64,000 bases of DNA from positions 1-64,000 of the forward strand of contig CDRNVI010000151.1 of NCBI GenBank assembly GCA_977017575.1. The letters are read 5' to 3'. Origin of the DNA: Paramoeba atlantica. Taxonomy: Eukaryota; Protista; Discosea. The translations under genes were made by a program, and so were the position numbers. The notes under the pieces are model-generated. The model made no database searches, was not told the origin of the DNA, and saw only the letters and a list, made by a program, of their open reading frames with translations. This document shows, in pieces, positions 36,666 through 49,768 of the stretch (position 1 is the first letter of the stretch; the number at the start of each line of letters is the position of its first letter).

Positions 36666-38184
36666 TCAACAAAATGGCAAAATAGAAGAAGTTAGCCACT
36701 GTCCCCAAGCACAATTCAAAGTGGTAATATAATCCTGCACCGCACCACTTCCATCCAAGAAACATGAATCCAAATAAGAACCATCTGAATTTCTCAAATA
36801 TTGATTGATGAAATTTACATTTTTGCAAGCATGCTTATGCAATAATTCATCACCTGATGAATCTTTAATGCCTGAGAATGAGAGGGGAGGAGAGGTGTAA
36901 GAGGTTGATAAAACAGTGAGGATGGACTTGCTGAGCCACCCACTCAGTGTGGTAGAGACAGCCCATGTGACAACAGTTGACTCAATATATGCTGAGGAAG
37001 AGTCTACCCAGAAAAGTCCATCTGTTGAAGATAACACACTCTTCCCAAAATCCATATCCTTCTCAGAGTGAGTGATACCGCCATACTCAACAAAAGCTGC
37101 TGCAGTGATCCCATTGTCATAAGCAAAACTTGCAGTATTTTTAACACCAGAATAGTCGAGATACCATTCAAAGACACCTGTTTCGTTGTTGTAAAGGTTT
37201 GAGAGCAACCATTGGCGCACTTGATCGGCCTGTTTCAAATATGTGGAGTTGTGTGTTTCATAAAAGAGCAAAGAGAGAAGAGAGAAAGCCAAGCCATTAC
37301 TATTAAGAGGGCGAAAGGAATATTGAGTGGGACCTCCTGTTGTCGAAACATTCCACCAATAACCACCGCCAACTGGAGCGGGGCGACTGTCCCATGCGCC
37401 ACTTTCATTGCTTACAAGCCAATCACCACACTCCACAGCAAGCATCAAGCAACGATCACGGAGAGGTTTCCATTTGCCATCATCAAGTGAGAGCATGACA
37501 GGATCTGAGAGAATTTTATAAGATTCAAATAAGACGTTCCCTGCAAATGCATTGTCATCGACATATTGTATCGAGCGGTCAACAAAGAGGGAATCGCTTA
37601 GTGCTGCAGCATAAAAACCACCAGGAAATTGAGGTTCCCACAAATTATTATATTGCCATTCGAGAAGGTTTTGTGCCAGGGATAAGAGATGTGATGATTC
37701 GGTATTGTTTCCCATCTTGAAAGGAAAAAAATAAAGATTCTCTTCTTTTCCCTTTTCCTTTTTGTTTTAATTAAAAGAAAAAAACCTTTGCTAAGGAGAA
37801 TGCAGTTGTGATATGTGCTCCCAACTGAGAAAAATTATCCCAACAAAATGTCCAATCCTTATTTTCTGTTGAGTTCACATAATTTCCTGAGGAGAGAAGA
37901 AAATCACACCGAGTGAAAAAAGAGTTTGGGGAATGAGAAGCTTTGTGCTGGTAATAAAACCTGTTTTGTGGAGAAGGTTTTCTTCGGAAAAAGAAGAAGT
38001 TTGGAGAGATTCATTGACACCAGGGATGGTTGTTGGATTTGGACTCTTTTTTATCCCTTCCAAAAGAGTCGCGGAGAGCAAGAGTGTCAAGTATGACAAG
38101 AGAAAGTTCTGAAACAGCATCCAATAAAAAAAACAGAGAAACTAAAAATGACAAAGAAAAATTTGGAGCTCCAATTTTAGCCAT
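36666..38184 (-). CDS. Secreted six-hairpin glycosidase-like protein (GH76-like)
   Basis: 349-aa Trp-rich terminal exon (YVDDNAFAG, GGGYWWN, AYDNG); hydrophobic signal-like start MAKIGAPNFSLSFLVSLFFLL; intervening exons not fully resolved. Confidence 0.6.
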
Positions 38185-38433
38185 CTTTTTTTGCTTTTTC
38201 TGTTTGGTTTTGGTTTTTTGTATTTTTGTTTGTTTGTTTGTTGGAGAGAGAAGGTCAGTTTGTTTTGTTTGTTTCGTTTGTTTGGAAAGACACAATCAGT
38301 TTTGTTTGTTGGAAAGATAAGGTCAGTTAATTTTATGTTGAGAGAGACTGAGTGGTTCTTTCTGTGTTGATTTTTGACAAAACCCTCCTCAGCCGCACAC
38401 CCCCCCCAAAAAAAAAACTGATGAGAGTTCAAA

Positions 38434-39525
38434 ATGTATTCTTATGGAGATGAGGCCACAGTTTCACCAAACCCACTTGACAATCAACCAAGGTTTGATC
38501 GTCGAAAAATTTTGGCAAATGTTGTTGTTTGTGCTGGTCTTCTTTTTGCACTTTCTGTTGTTGCCGGCGTTTTTATGTATATTATCTGGGGGGCTGTGAT
38601 TCTTAGTAAATATCAGGTTCTTTTTCTTATTTTTTTGGTTGGATTTAGAAAGAGAAAAAGGGTGTCGATGAAAATTGTTGAAATCTTTTTTTTTTGTAAA
38701 AAAAAAAAAAACAGGAAGCCAAGGTTGGTGACCTTTGTGATCATGAGGTTTTCTTTTCTTTTCTTCTCTATCCATCTCTCTCTTCTTCGCAAAAAAAACC
38801 AACATTTTTCTCTTTTCAAGCATATTTGGATTTACACATTGTTGTGTATTTGTGCATTTGCAACTTTCTTTTGCTGTGCGATTTGTCAGGGAGTTAATAT
38901 TGAAGTTGACGAATCTGGTGATCGACAACCTGGTTCTCTTTTGTTTTTCTTTCGTTCACAAAAAAAAAATTATGTTCTCTTTTTAACATAATTTGAAATT
39001 AAAAGTGATAACAAATAATAGGGATGTTTTTAATATTGAGTGGAATTGTAAGCTTTGGAAGCTTTGTTTGGGGAACAATTGAATATGGTGATATGACTGG
39101 GGTGATTTTTTCTTTTTTTTTTCTTTTTTTTTTTTCGATTTGGATCTAATTTAATCTTTTCAAACAAACAGGCTTGCAAACAGCGATTTGGACATGAGTA
39201 TCCAGAATTATGGTGGTTTTTTGTTGCCTCAGTAATTATTCAGATTTTCGGGGCAATCTTTCAAATTGCATTCTTTTTCTTTCTGTGTTGGGCCAATTTT
39301 CGAAGACAGCTCAAATCAGCTCAAAATCAAATTTTATTAGAAGCAGAAGAACGTGTCTTGTCAATTCCTGGTGGTCATGCTGTTTCTGATGTTGTAGGAA
39401 CAATGAGTTCGGCGATGGGTGAAGCTTCTTCCAATTTGAGAGGGAGACATACGGGTGATGGGAGTAGTGTTGGGAGTGTTGGTGAAGCGAGTGTCCGTAG
39501 CGGGAGTGTTTATGTAGATATTTAA
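38434..39525 (+). CDS. Multi-pass membrane protein, spliced
   Basis: About four hydrophobic segments over four exons; last exon ACKQRFG...SVYVDI ends at TAA 39525. Confidence 0.7.
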
Positions 39526-39923
39526 ACATTTTTTTTTGTGAGAGAGAAATTCAAAAGGAAAATTTTAACCAATTTCTTTTTTTGTTTTTCAATAAAAAAA
39601 TTTCCTTTTTATTTTTTTTTTGTTCTATTTGGAATTGCAAAAAATTGGGAATCCCTCATTTTAAAGGAACCCCCCCTAAAAACTTTACGGAAATTCCGCA
39701 GTTTGTTTTCCTTTTTGTTCTTCTGATGTTTTTTTTTTGCCAGAACCATTGAGAAAATAACCTCCGAAAAGTGATGGTCTCTCAACTCTCCATCCACGCT
39801 TTGACTAAGGAGGAGTCTTCTTAATTGGATTCGAAAATTACCAACAAGATGTGAGAGGAATAAAAATATATAATATAGATTAGATACTTAATTCAAAATA
39901 GTTTCAGCTTCCTCTTCTCCACC

Positions 39924-41873
39924 TCAGCCACGATAATAAAATTGGTGAAGTTCATCGCAAGCACCTGCAATGAGACTGTCGAGGTCAAAAGGGATCATGT
40001 TATCACCACCAACAGATGCTTGTTCCATCTTTCCTCCCTCACCGAGAAACGAAAAAGAGACAGGTTCACTCCAAGTATGACCATCATCCAGTGTTACGGA
40101 CACTGGCACAATTCCAACTGGATGTCGTGGCGCATAGCAAATCAGGGTATTTGTCGAAAGAATTTCTGGAACGACTTGACTATCCAACCCAAAACGAATT
40201 CGAATCTGGGCCGGGATGACAGACTCAGAGAGGAAATTATGTCCAATAATTGCCACCCGCCCTTCTCCTCGATAACTGGTCTCTGTAGGAATAACTTCTT
40301 CGATTATGGGAAAAGTCATTGTTGTTTGTTGAGGGAGATGTGTTTGTTGATGTTGTTGTTGTTGAGGGATAATAGTAGGTTGGGGGTGTTGTTGTTGAAG
40401 GTGAGGTGATTGTTGAGGGACAACACTAATAGGCTGGATGTGGGGTGAAGGAATATGCTGTTGTGGTGGAAATTGTCTGGGTACAGTTTGAGTTGGTTTG
40501 GGTCTCTTTCTTGAATTTTGTTGATTTAATGAGGATAAGGAAGAAGAAGAAGATGATGATGAAGCTGGTGTTCTCTTCACTCTCTTCAATATTGTGTGAG
40601 AAACAATATCCAACAGGGGAGACTTAACCCAATGTAAAATATCATAAGGAGCTCCCCTTTTTGGATCGCCATGATACCTTCTCAACTCAAATCGAATGGA
40701 CGGGCGGATTGGAGGAACTGCGCTCGCTAATTGCAAGGATGTCCTTTTGATTTTTAATTGATGAAAAATAGTTGGACAACCATGAACTACCAGCTCAGGA
40801 GAATCTCCGAGTAATTCTCCTTCTTTGGGTTCATTTGTTTCAAAATCGGTGAGAATTGGAACTGCATACAAATGACCTTGAACCCCTGTATCATCGCCAT
40901 GAAGGAGAACTGATGGTTTTGGACGAGGAAGTGGTTTCCGTGAGACAATAGATTGACTCACATCCGGAAATTCGTGAAGAGTGAGATAGAAACGAGTCGA
41001 TTGTGGACCGCTCATTGTATTTTGCGTTGGTTCAGTAAAACTTCTTTTCACACCTGCTCTTGGGATGGATTGAGATGATGAAGAGGAAGAGGTTGAAAAA
41101 GAAGGAACAGAAGGTGGAAGAGAAGGATTCAAAGAAGAAAAAGAAGTTGGAGAGGAGGGAGAGAGAGAAGGAGAAGGAGAAGGAGAAGGAGAGAAAGGGA
41201 GGGAAGGGGAGGAAGAAGCAAAATGATCGCGTATGGCACAAGATACAACTTGAACCTGAAAGAAGAAGGAATCATCTAATGAAAGGATTCGGATCAACAG
41301 ATTTTTTTGAAGGAGTGAAAAATGAGGAAGAGTTCGTTGAAAGCTTTCAAGTTCATAATCAGGCATTGTCAGAAGGTGTCGTACCATTGGTAAAAGGAGA
41401 GGGCGATCATTCAATTTCAGATATTGCATCAATTCCGCATTCCCAAAAGAAATTGGGGAGCGACAGAGGTTTTGAAGAACGTCAACATCCTCTTCCTCGA
41501 GATAAGAACATAATTCTCGAAAGAGAGAGCCCCTCTCACCATCATTAAGATGGTTTGACTGGTCACCAAGAGAACACCGTAAAAAACCAAATTGTTCCAG
41601 AGAAATAGCACGTAACAGATTTCTGACTTCACGGAGATGAAGAAGAGATTTAAAGTCTTGTGGTAAATTTGAGCCATCAACTGGATTTGAGTTTGTCAGA
41701 AATCTTTCAACAGAACTCATTACCACGTGAGAGGTCAAGAGCTGTCGAACGGTATCGGGGTTTGGTGGTGGACATCCTCCAACTTGAGAAAATCGAAACA
41801 AAGATTCCTGGTCTAAGTTACATATTTTGTCTGCAAATCGTAGAAAGTTTTGGAAGTTTTCTCGACCTTCCAT
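39924..41873 (-). CDS. IPT/TIG-domain protein, likely a transcription factor
   Basis: Intronless ORF; C-terminal IEEVIP..GEGRVAIIGHNF...STNTLICYAPRHPVGIVPVSVTLDDG is a typical IPT/TIG pattern; Q/P/S-rich linkers; likely ATG at 41873. Confidence 0.75.
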   Translation of the reverse strand: MEGRENFQNFLRFADKICNLDQESLFRFSQVGGCPPPNPDTVRQLLTSHVVMSSVERFLTNSNPVDGSNLPQDFKSLLHLREVRNLLRAISLEQFGFLRCSLGDQSNHLNDGERGSLFRELCSYLEEEDVDVLQNLCRSPISFGNAELMQYLKLNDRPLLLPMVRHLLTMPDYELESFQRTLPHFSLLQKNLLIRILSLDDSFFFQVQVVSCAIRDHFASSSPSLPFSPSPSPSPSLSPSSPTSFSSLNPSLPPSVPSFSTSSSSSSQSIPRAGVKRSFTEPTQNTMSGPQSTRFYLTLHEFPDVSQSIVSRKPLPRPKPSVLLHGDDTGVQGHLYAVPILTDFETNEPKEGELLGDSPELVVHGCPTIFHQLKIKRTSLQLASAVPPIRPSIRFELRRYHGDPKRGAPYDILHWVKSPLLDIVSHTILKRVKRTPASSSSSSSSLSSLNQQNSRKRPKPTQTVPRQFPPQQHIPSPHIQPISVVPQQSPHLQQQHPQPTIIPQQQQHQQTHLPQQTTMTFPIIEEVIPTETSYRGEGRVAIIGHNFLSESVIPAQIRIRFGLDSQVVPEILSTNTLICYAPRHPVGIVPVSVTLDDGHTWSEPVSFSFLGEGGKMEQASVGGDNMIPFDLDSLIAGACDELHQFYYRG

Positions 41874-42200
41874 CTTTCTCTCAAAGACGGCAAGGAAGAC
41901 GTCAAAATTCCCCAAACCTCCCAAACCAAAAACTGAAGTGGCCAAAAGGTTCGCAAAAAGAGGAAACTAAAAAAAAAAAAAGAAAAAGAAAACGATTTTT
42001 TCAATCCAAAAAAAAAACGATTGTTCCGACCTTCATACAAAAAATAAATGGAATTATTCCAACGCACTTTTTTTTCGGTTTTTTCCTTTTCTTTTTTTAT
42101 TTCTTTTCTTTTTCAAAGAGAAGGAGAAGAAGAAGAAGGGTTCTGTTTTCAGATTTTTCAGATTTTTGGTCAAAAATTGGGTTGCACTGAACGTTTAGTG

Positions 42201-43915
42201 ATGATTGCGCAAGATGGAAAAATCGCTCTCGTTTTTCTTTTGTCGATCTCTCTCATCTTTCCACCAGGTGATACAAACACCAATCCATCGATTCCCTGTG
42301 ATCGGAGAGTCCCAGATAATGCTCCAGAAAGCATTTTGATTGGTTCTCTCATCCCATTCCGTCCTGGACCAAACCCTTACAACACGAGTTTTTTTATGGC
42401 TATCGATAGTATTAATGCTGATGAATGTATTCTCCCTGGAACCACTTTGCTGGGTGTTGCAAATGCCACCAATCCATCACCAGTGAATGGGTTGAGGGCT
42501 TTTCTTGATCAAGTTCAGATTCTTCAAACTGTTGTGAACATTGGTGCTGGAAGCAGCGGCATTTCTCGTTCTGTTGCGATCGCCAGCCCCCTTTTCGAAA
42601 CTCCTCAAATTTCATATGCTTCCACTTTAGCAGAGTTATCGAAAAAAGAGACTTACCCTTATTTTAATCGAGTTGTCCCTTCTGATGTTTTCCAAGTACG
42701 TGTCCCTTCCCAACAAGTAGGAAGAGATCTTTGATCTTTCGAGAGAGACATATTTCTTGCACTTCCATTTTTGATTCTTATTTCTCTTACTCTATTCTTT
42801 TTTTTAGGGGAAATTGTTGGCTCGTTTGTTTCCTTATTTTGGATGGGATCATGTTTCTGTCCTCTTCACTTCCGATTCTTATGCAGCTTCTATTTCGGAG
42901 ACTTTTACGGATGAGGCTTCAGCCCTTGGTGTTCGTTTCCTTTCAACACAGTCATTTCCTGTTGGCTCAGCAGCCAACTCTGCGGACCTGTTGACTGCTA
43001 TGAAAAATACGAAAAGTTCTGGTTCAAAAACTATTTTTATGGCTATGTTGGCTCAAGATGCCCATCAAGTCATGAAAGTAGCAAAGCAAATTGGTTTAGA
43101 CAAAGTCAATTATATTGTTTCAGACGGTGTTGCGCAGAAAAGTTTGTTCGATGATCCTGATACAGGAAATTTTTCTCAAGAGGTTTTTAATCAGTCTCTT
43201 GGTATGATTGGAATGACCCCAAGACAGGCACAGGGCCCCCTCTATGAAGAGTGGCTGGGTTTTTTTTTTATCTTTCTTTTCTTTCCTTTTTCATTTCACC
43301 ACACTAATTTCAAATCTAGCGCAATGGGAATCCCTCCCTGACAACACCGGAGCTGGGAGCAACCCTCCTCCCCTTTTTGTACCCTTTTTACGTGATGCCA
43401 CGTACTCAGCTGCACTTGCTCTAGATCGAATTGTTCGAGCTGGTCTAGATGTCACAACAAGTGGCCCTGAGTTGCTTCATGAAATTCGATTTGGACCTTC
43501 TTTTGAGGGTTTGACAGGTCCTGTTAGTTATGATGTACAAGGTGATCGCTTTGCATTTTATGACCTCTTAAATCAGCGGGGTGATATGAGAGCTGGGGGG
43601 TTCGAGGTTATTGGCTCTGCAAATGATGATATGGGCTTGGAATTTACAACTGATCCCATTTTCAGCCAATCTCCTTTTGAATTTGAGGTGTTTTTGTTCA
43701 AGATATTTCGAAAAATGTGGTCAATTTTTCAGAAAATCTTGTTTTTCTTTTGAGGATTCCCAAAACTGTGAAGCGAAAAAAGAAGCAAAGAAAAAAAAGA
43801 AAAGAAAAGAAAAGATCTTACTGACAATGACGTTGACGATGTCTGCGTGGTGGTGGGGCTGCTGGAGTCCTGGCTCGAAAACACAACCAACCACCCACAC
43901 GGAAACGAAAAATGA
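42201..43915 (+). CDS. Venus-flytrap (ANF-receptor / family C GPCR ligand-binding) domain protein; no 7TM seen
   Basis: IGAGSSGIS..PQISYAST..LSKKETYPYFNRVVPSD|..FGWDHVS..DATY..FEGLTGPVSYD..GDR; signal-like N-terminus; 3' end uncertain. Confidence 0.8.
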
Positions 43916-44051
43916 GGAGGAAGAACGTGGTGAGTTCTGCTGTTTTTGCAAAGAGAACGAGAAGCGAAAAAAAAAGAAAACTAAAATTTCATCAAAAGAA
44001 GATTATCCCAACCACCTTTTTTTTTAGTTTATTTTATTTTCTTTTTTTACA

Positions 44052-45471
44052 TCATTTTTGTGATAAAGTCGAAAGAGAAGAAGGTGAAGGAGAAGGAGAA
44101 GGAGAAGGAGAAGAAGAAGAAGAAGGGTTCTGAAGAATTGTTGTTGTTGTTGTGGGAAAACATTTTCTTTTTTTGTTTTGTTGACCTATTACAAGAGGAT
44201 CATAGGGAGTTAATTCAAGAGGTGGGGCACCAAAACACTTTGAACCATCACGAGCCTTTTCTGACAAAATTTCTGGTGATCTTTTCCAAAATTCTTCTCC
44301 AATCACATCCTCGTGGACAACAACCCAAGTCTTTTTTTCTTTTTTCTGACCTGATTCTTTCTTCTTTTCTTTTCCACTATCAGAGTTTGCTGTTGTTGTT
44401 GGTGGTGCTGCCGGAGAAGAAGAAGCGCGGTACAAAATGGAACCCTTTCGAAACATTGGCGAAATATCATTGTAGTTGATTTGAAAACGAGAAAACAAGA
44501 GCTCATTTTTATCAGAAGAGAGTGTACCATTCAGCTTTGCTTCAGCATCAGCCTCAGACAAACCCCCTTGCAACACCAAAGTCCAAAAACAAGTATTGTA
44601 CAAGTTGTTGATATGGCAATCAACTTGCCGCCAAGAGATATAATCTCTTATATTCTGGTAAGATGGATAACAAACCACTCGAGAATCAAAGACGGGGGGA
44701 AAGAGAAGCTCCGTTTCCATGAACTCTTTCCAGAAGAAGACATAACAAGAAGTAAAGTGAGAGACAAAGAGAGATTGTATTTTGCTGCTTCTTCTCCCGA
44801 AGATTTTTGTCCCTTTGTGTAATACGAAGCTGTATTCGTCGCTTTGTCCAATTGCAAATACAATATCTTGTTTTTTTTTGGTTATTTTAAAAAAAATGAG
44901 TTTTTTTCTTTTAATTTTTAAAAAAAAGTGTGATTTGATAATTTTGTGGTTTTTCTTTTTTAAATATTTAAATTAAAATTAAATTAAAAGAAAAGAAAAG
45001 AAAGAAAATATTTTTTTCAAAAATAATAATAATAAATTATTAAAAATTTATCTTAACAATAAATCAATAAAAACCTGGAAATTCTTTACAAAGAGAAAGA
45101 GCACATCGATTCATTAAAACTAAAGCTCTCCAATCATTTGGTTTTTCGAATTTGTGTGTTTTTGAAAATTGATGAAAACACCTTTTTGAAATAAAGAAAG
45201 AGAAGAGAAGAGAAAGAAAGGTTTGAGAATGGACAAAGAAAAAAAATTCAAATAAAAAAATCCTCAACAGAGAAAAAAGTGAAAAACAAACAAAATAAAA
45301 TCAAAAAGAAAAGAAGAAAAAAGAAGAAAGAAGAAAAGAAGAAAGAAGAAAGAAAAAAGAAAAAAGAAAAAAAAACTTTCCATCAATCCGAACAACAAGC
45401 CAACAATTTGGAAGAAGAACATCAGAACTAATTTCAAACTTTTTAACATATTCATATTGACTGCAAGCCAT
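44052..45471 (-). CDS. THG1: tRNA(His) guanylyltransferase
   Basis: YEYVKKFE..LLPNCWLVVRIDG|..FEKPND..|GQSDEYSF..SWRQVDCHINNLYNTCFW..SSDKNELLF..FRKGS. Confidence 0.95.
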
Positions 45472-45699
45472 ATTTCCTCTCTCTCTCTTCTCTTCTCTCT
45501 TCTCTTTTTCTCTTCTCTTTTTCTCTCTTCTTCTCTTCTCTCTTTTTTCTCTTCTGAATCGAGAAAAAAGAGAGAAAAACTGAAATATACCATAAAAGGA
45601 AAATATTTGTTGTTTCCTTTTTTTCGATTTTTTGAAAAAAGAGGAAAGAAAGAAGAAAAGAAAGAAAAGAAAGAAAGAAAAGAAAGAAAAGGAAAAGAA

Positions 45700-46570
45700 A
45701 TGGAGAGAGAACGGATTGGGGATTGTGGGATTGATTGGAAAGAACATGCTTTAGGGAGAGGAAAATATCGTCGCAAAACTTTTCGTTTTCCACGATTCGA
45801 AGAGAAAAGAGAAGAGAAAAGAGAAGAAGAAGAAAGAGAAAGAGAAAGAGAAGAAGAAGAAGAAAGAGAAAGAGAGGAGAAGGAAAAGAAGAAGGAAAAG
45901 AGAGATTTTTTTGAAATTCATATTCGAGAACTCTCCATTCTTGATGCTGGTTTGTTTCTATTTTTTTCTATTTTTTGTTTTTTTTTTCTCTTTCTTTTTT
46001 TCTTTTTTTCTTTTCTTTTTTTTTTCTTTTTTTTTTTTCTTTTTTCTTTTTTCTTTCTTTGTTTCTTTTTTGTTTTTTTTCTTTTCTTTTTTCTTTTTTC
46101 TTTTTTCTTTTTTCTTTCTTTTTCTTTTTTTCTTTTTTCTTTTTTTCTTTTTTCTTTTTTTCTTTTTTCCTTTCTTTTCTTTCTTTCTTTCTTTCCTTTC
46201 TTTCCTTTTTCCTTTCCTTTTCTCTTTCACAAACAAAAACAAACAAACAAAAAAAGGAATTGGATGTGCAGTATGGGACGCATCAATCATATTTAGTAGA
46301 TGGATCATTTCTAATTCTTCTCTCTTTCTTGGCAAATCTGTTCTTGAACTTGGTAGTGGTTGTGCTCTGACTGGTTTGTTTTATTTTCTTTTCTTTTCTT
46401 TTTCTTTTCTTTTCTTTTTATTTTCTTTTAATTTTATTTTATTTTATTTTCTTTTTCTTTTCTTTTTCTTTTCTTTTTCTTTTATTTTCTTTTTTTGTCT
46501 TCTCTCTTTCTTGGCAAATCTGTTCTTGAGCTTGGTAGTGGTTGTGCTCTTACTGGTTTTTTCTTTTTTC

Positions 46571-46603
<33 letters not shown>

Positions 46604-46989
46604 ATTTTATTTTATTTTATTTTTATTTTATTTTTATTTTATTTTTATTTTTATTTTATTTTTATTTTATTTTATTTTATTTTATTTTATTTTATTTTAT
46701 TTTATTTTTATTTTATTTTTCTTTTATTTTGGTCTCTCTTTCTTGGCAAATCTGTTCTTGAACTTGGTAGTGGTTGTGCTCTTACTGGTTTGTTTTTCTT
46801 TTCTTTTTCTTTTCTTTTCTTTTTATTTTCTTTTCTTTTTATTTTCTTTTAATTTTATTTTATTTTCTTTTTCTTTTCTTTTTCTTTTCTTTTCTTTTTT
46901 TGTCTTCTCTCTTTCTTGGCAAATCTGTTCTTGAACTTGGTAGTGGTTGTGCTCTTACTGGTTTTTTCTTTTTTCTTTTTTCTTTTTTC

Positions 46990-47022
<33 letters not shown>

Positions 47023-49501
47023 CTTTTTCTTTTATTTTTCTTTTTATTTTTCTTTTCTTTTCTTTTCTTTTCTTTTCTTTCTTTTTTTGTCTTCTCTCTT
47101 TCTTGGCAAATCTGTTCTTGAACTTGGTAGTGGTTGTGCTCTGACTGGTTTCTTCTTTTTTCTTTTTCTTTTCTTTTCTTTTTATTTTCTTTTTCTTTTT
47201 CTTTTTATTTTTCTTTTCTTTTCTTTTCTTTTCTTTCTTTTTTTGTCTTCTCTTTTTGCTTCTTTCTTGGCAAATCTGTTCTTGAACTTGGTAGTGGTTG
47301 TGCTCTTACTGGTTTGTTTTTATTTTTTGTTTTTATTTTTTGTTTTTATTTTTTGTTTTTATTTTTAGTTTTTATTTTTCTTTTATTTTTTTCTTTTTCT
47401 TTCTTTCTCTTTTTCTTTTTCTTTTCTTTTTTCTATTTCTTTTTCTTTTTCTCTTTTCTTTTTCTTTTTAGTTTGAGAAGAAGAAAGATCCTTCTTTCTT
47501 TTATCATCTCTTCTAAAACATCTCAAACCCTCTTCTCTTTCTTTCTCTCTTTCCCCCTCCCAAAAAAAAAGGGATTGTGGCAGGAAAATGGGCAAAAAAA
47601 GTATATTTATCGGATTACATTTGTAATTTATTAGAGAATATTCAATACAATATCGATCTTAATCTTGGTCGTTTTTCTTCTGATACAGAGTACTCCTTTT
47701 TCTTTTTCTTCTCTTCTATCTCCCTCCTCTCTTCTCTCTCTCTTCTCTCTTCTCTCTCATCTCTCTTTCTCCCTCCCTCCTCTCTTCTCTCTCTTCTCTC
47801 TTCTCTTTCTTCTTTCTTCTCTCTTCTCTCTCATCTCTCTTTCTCCCTCCCTCCTCTCTCCCTCCTCTCTCTCTCTTCTCTCTTCTCTCTTCTCTCTCTT
47901 CTCTCTCTCATCTCTCTCTCATCTCTCAACTCTCTCTCTTTCCACCTTTTTTAAAAAAAATGTCTCAATTATAGACCTTTTTTGGAGAGTCCAAATGTTG
48001 AGGTTCTCTTTCTTGATTGGGATCAAGTTGCCCTTCCGGTTTGTTTCTTTTTTCTCTATTTCTTTCTTTCTTTTCTTTCTTTCATTCATTCATTTCTTTC
48101 TTTCTTTATTAAATTTATAATCTCATGTGTGAGATTTTCTCTCAAATATTTTTTTCAGGAATTTGACATCTCAAAACCTCCAATCTCTAAAATGCCAAAT
48201 ACTTCTTCTTCTCCCTCTCCCTCTCCCTCTTCTCCCTCTTCTCCCTCTTCTTCTTCCTCTTCCTCTTCCTCTTCTTCTTCTTCTTCTTCTTCTTCCTCTT
48301 CCTCTTCCTCTTCCTCTTCTCTTTCTCCTTCTCCTTCGGCAACCCCTTCTCCTTCTTCCCCTTCAGTTTCCCCCGAAGACCTCACAACTTTTGTCAAGAG
48401 ATCAGTCAAAAAAGTAAGATTCTCCTTTCTCTTTCTCTCTCTCTCTTTCTCTCTCTCCTTCTCAATCTCTTTATACCATCTATTTTCTTTATTCTCTCTC
48501 TCTCCCCGTTAGGTTTTGAAAGAAACAACAAAAGTGGTCGCGACTGAAGAGACAAAAGATGAAGAAGATTGGAAAGAGAGATGGCTCTTTGATTATTTTG
48601 ATTTTACAGAATTTGTGACTGAGCTTTCTGATGAGCTTTCTGTTGGTTGGTGTAAAAGAAAAAGAGAAGATAAAATTTTTGAAGAACAAAGATTGAGAAA
48701 AAAAGAAAAGAAAAAAGAAAAATAACAACAACAAAAAAGAAAAACTAGATTGAAGAATTTAGAATTTGAAGAAAAATGATTTGATTCTAAATTCTCTTCT
48801 TCTTTAAAAAAGAATTACCAGACGCGTCAGAATTCCCAAAATGGACAATTGTTGATGTCGTAGATTATGTGACAACAAATACAGAAATTATGGATCAATT
48901 GAAAAAAAAATATCTCAATGAATCTCCTTCTCTCTCTGATTTGTCTGAAAGATTTGAAGAGAAGGAACAGGAAGAAGATGAAGAAGTTCGGTTACAAAAA
49001 TATATTTTCCCAATCGAAAAGGTTTTTTTTTTTTTTCATTGTTTTATTTTATTCCTTTTTATTTGGTTTTTTTTGAGAATTTCTTTTTTTTTGTTGTTTT
49101 TTTTTTGATAATTTATTTTTTTTTTTGAGTTTTTTGGTTTTTTATTTTTGAAAAAAAATTCACAAAAACATAAAAAATTAAAATGAATTAAAAATTAAAT
49201 TAAAAAAACAAAACAGCTCGACATCATCATTGGAAGTGAGCTAACATACAACACCCTCTCAATCACAACAGTCCCCCAAGTAATTGCAAAATACCTGAAA
49301 CCAGAAGGATTCTTTTTCGAAATTTTGAGTGACGACAGAGATGGTGTCAAATCTTTCTTGACAGAAATGGATCGAGTTGGCTTTTCGGTCGAAATTTCTG
49401 AAATTTCGGCGGAATTTCTTGGAAATTATGGGACTGGACAGAATAGTGAATCTTATCATTTTTATACTTTTCGGTGGAAAAGAAATTTGGAGGAGAAATA
49501 A
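45700..49501 (+). CDS. METTL21/EEF2KMT-like protein lysine methyltransferase (Methyltransf_16 family), spliced
   Basis: GCAVWDAS..VLELGSGCALTG..YLSDY..LLENIQYNIDLN..LDWD..DIIIGSELTY; TAA at 49501. Confidence 0.85.
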
Positions 49502-49768
49502 TTGTTTTGTTTTTTTTTGGGGGTTTCAAAATCCTTCTTCTTTTGTAATTTGCACTTTGTGGTTGGGTTTTTTTCTCTGAGAGTTCTATTTTTTTTTTTT
49601 ACCTCTTCTCTTCTCTCCATTCAATTATCTTCCTTTTTTTTTTCTTTGATTGAGAAAAGAAAAGACAATTCTTTGATTGAGAAAATTGGCCAAATGTGCG
49701 AAATTGCTGAATAATTTAATTTATTTCTGATTTTTTTGGTTCTTTTGTCTTGTCTTGTGTTGGATTTG

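Noticed and set aside
33000-45500. Genome-wide UGA=Trp genetic code
   Set aside because: All 14 Trp in the uninterrupted glycosidase exon, and those I checked in THG1 and the GPCR, are TGG. Several host genes end at TGA (35166, 36532, 36666, 39924, 44052).
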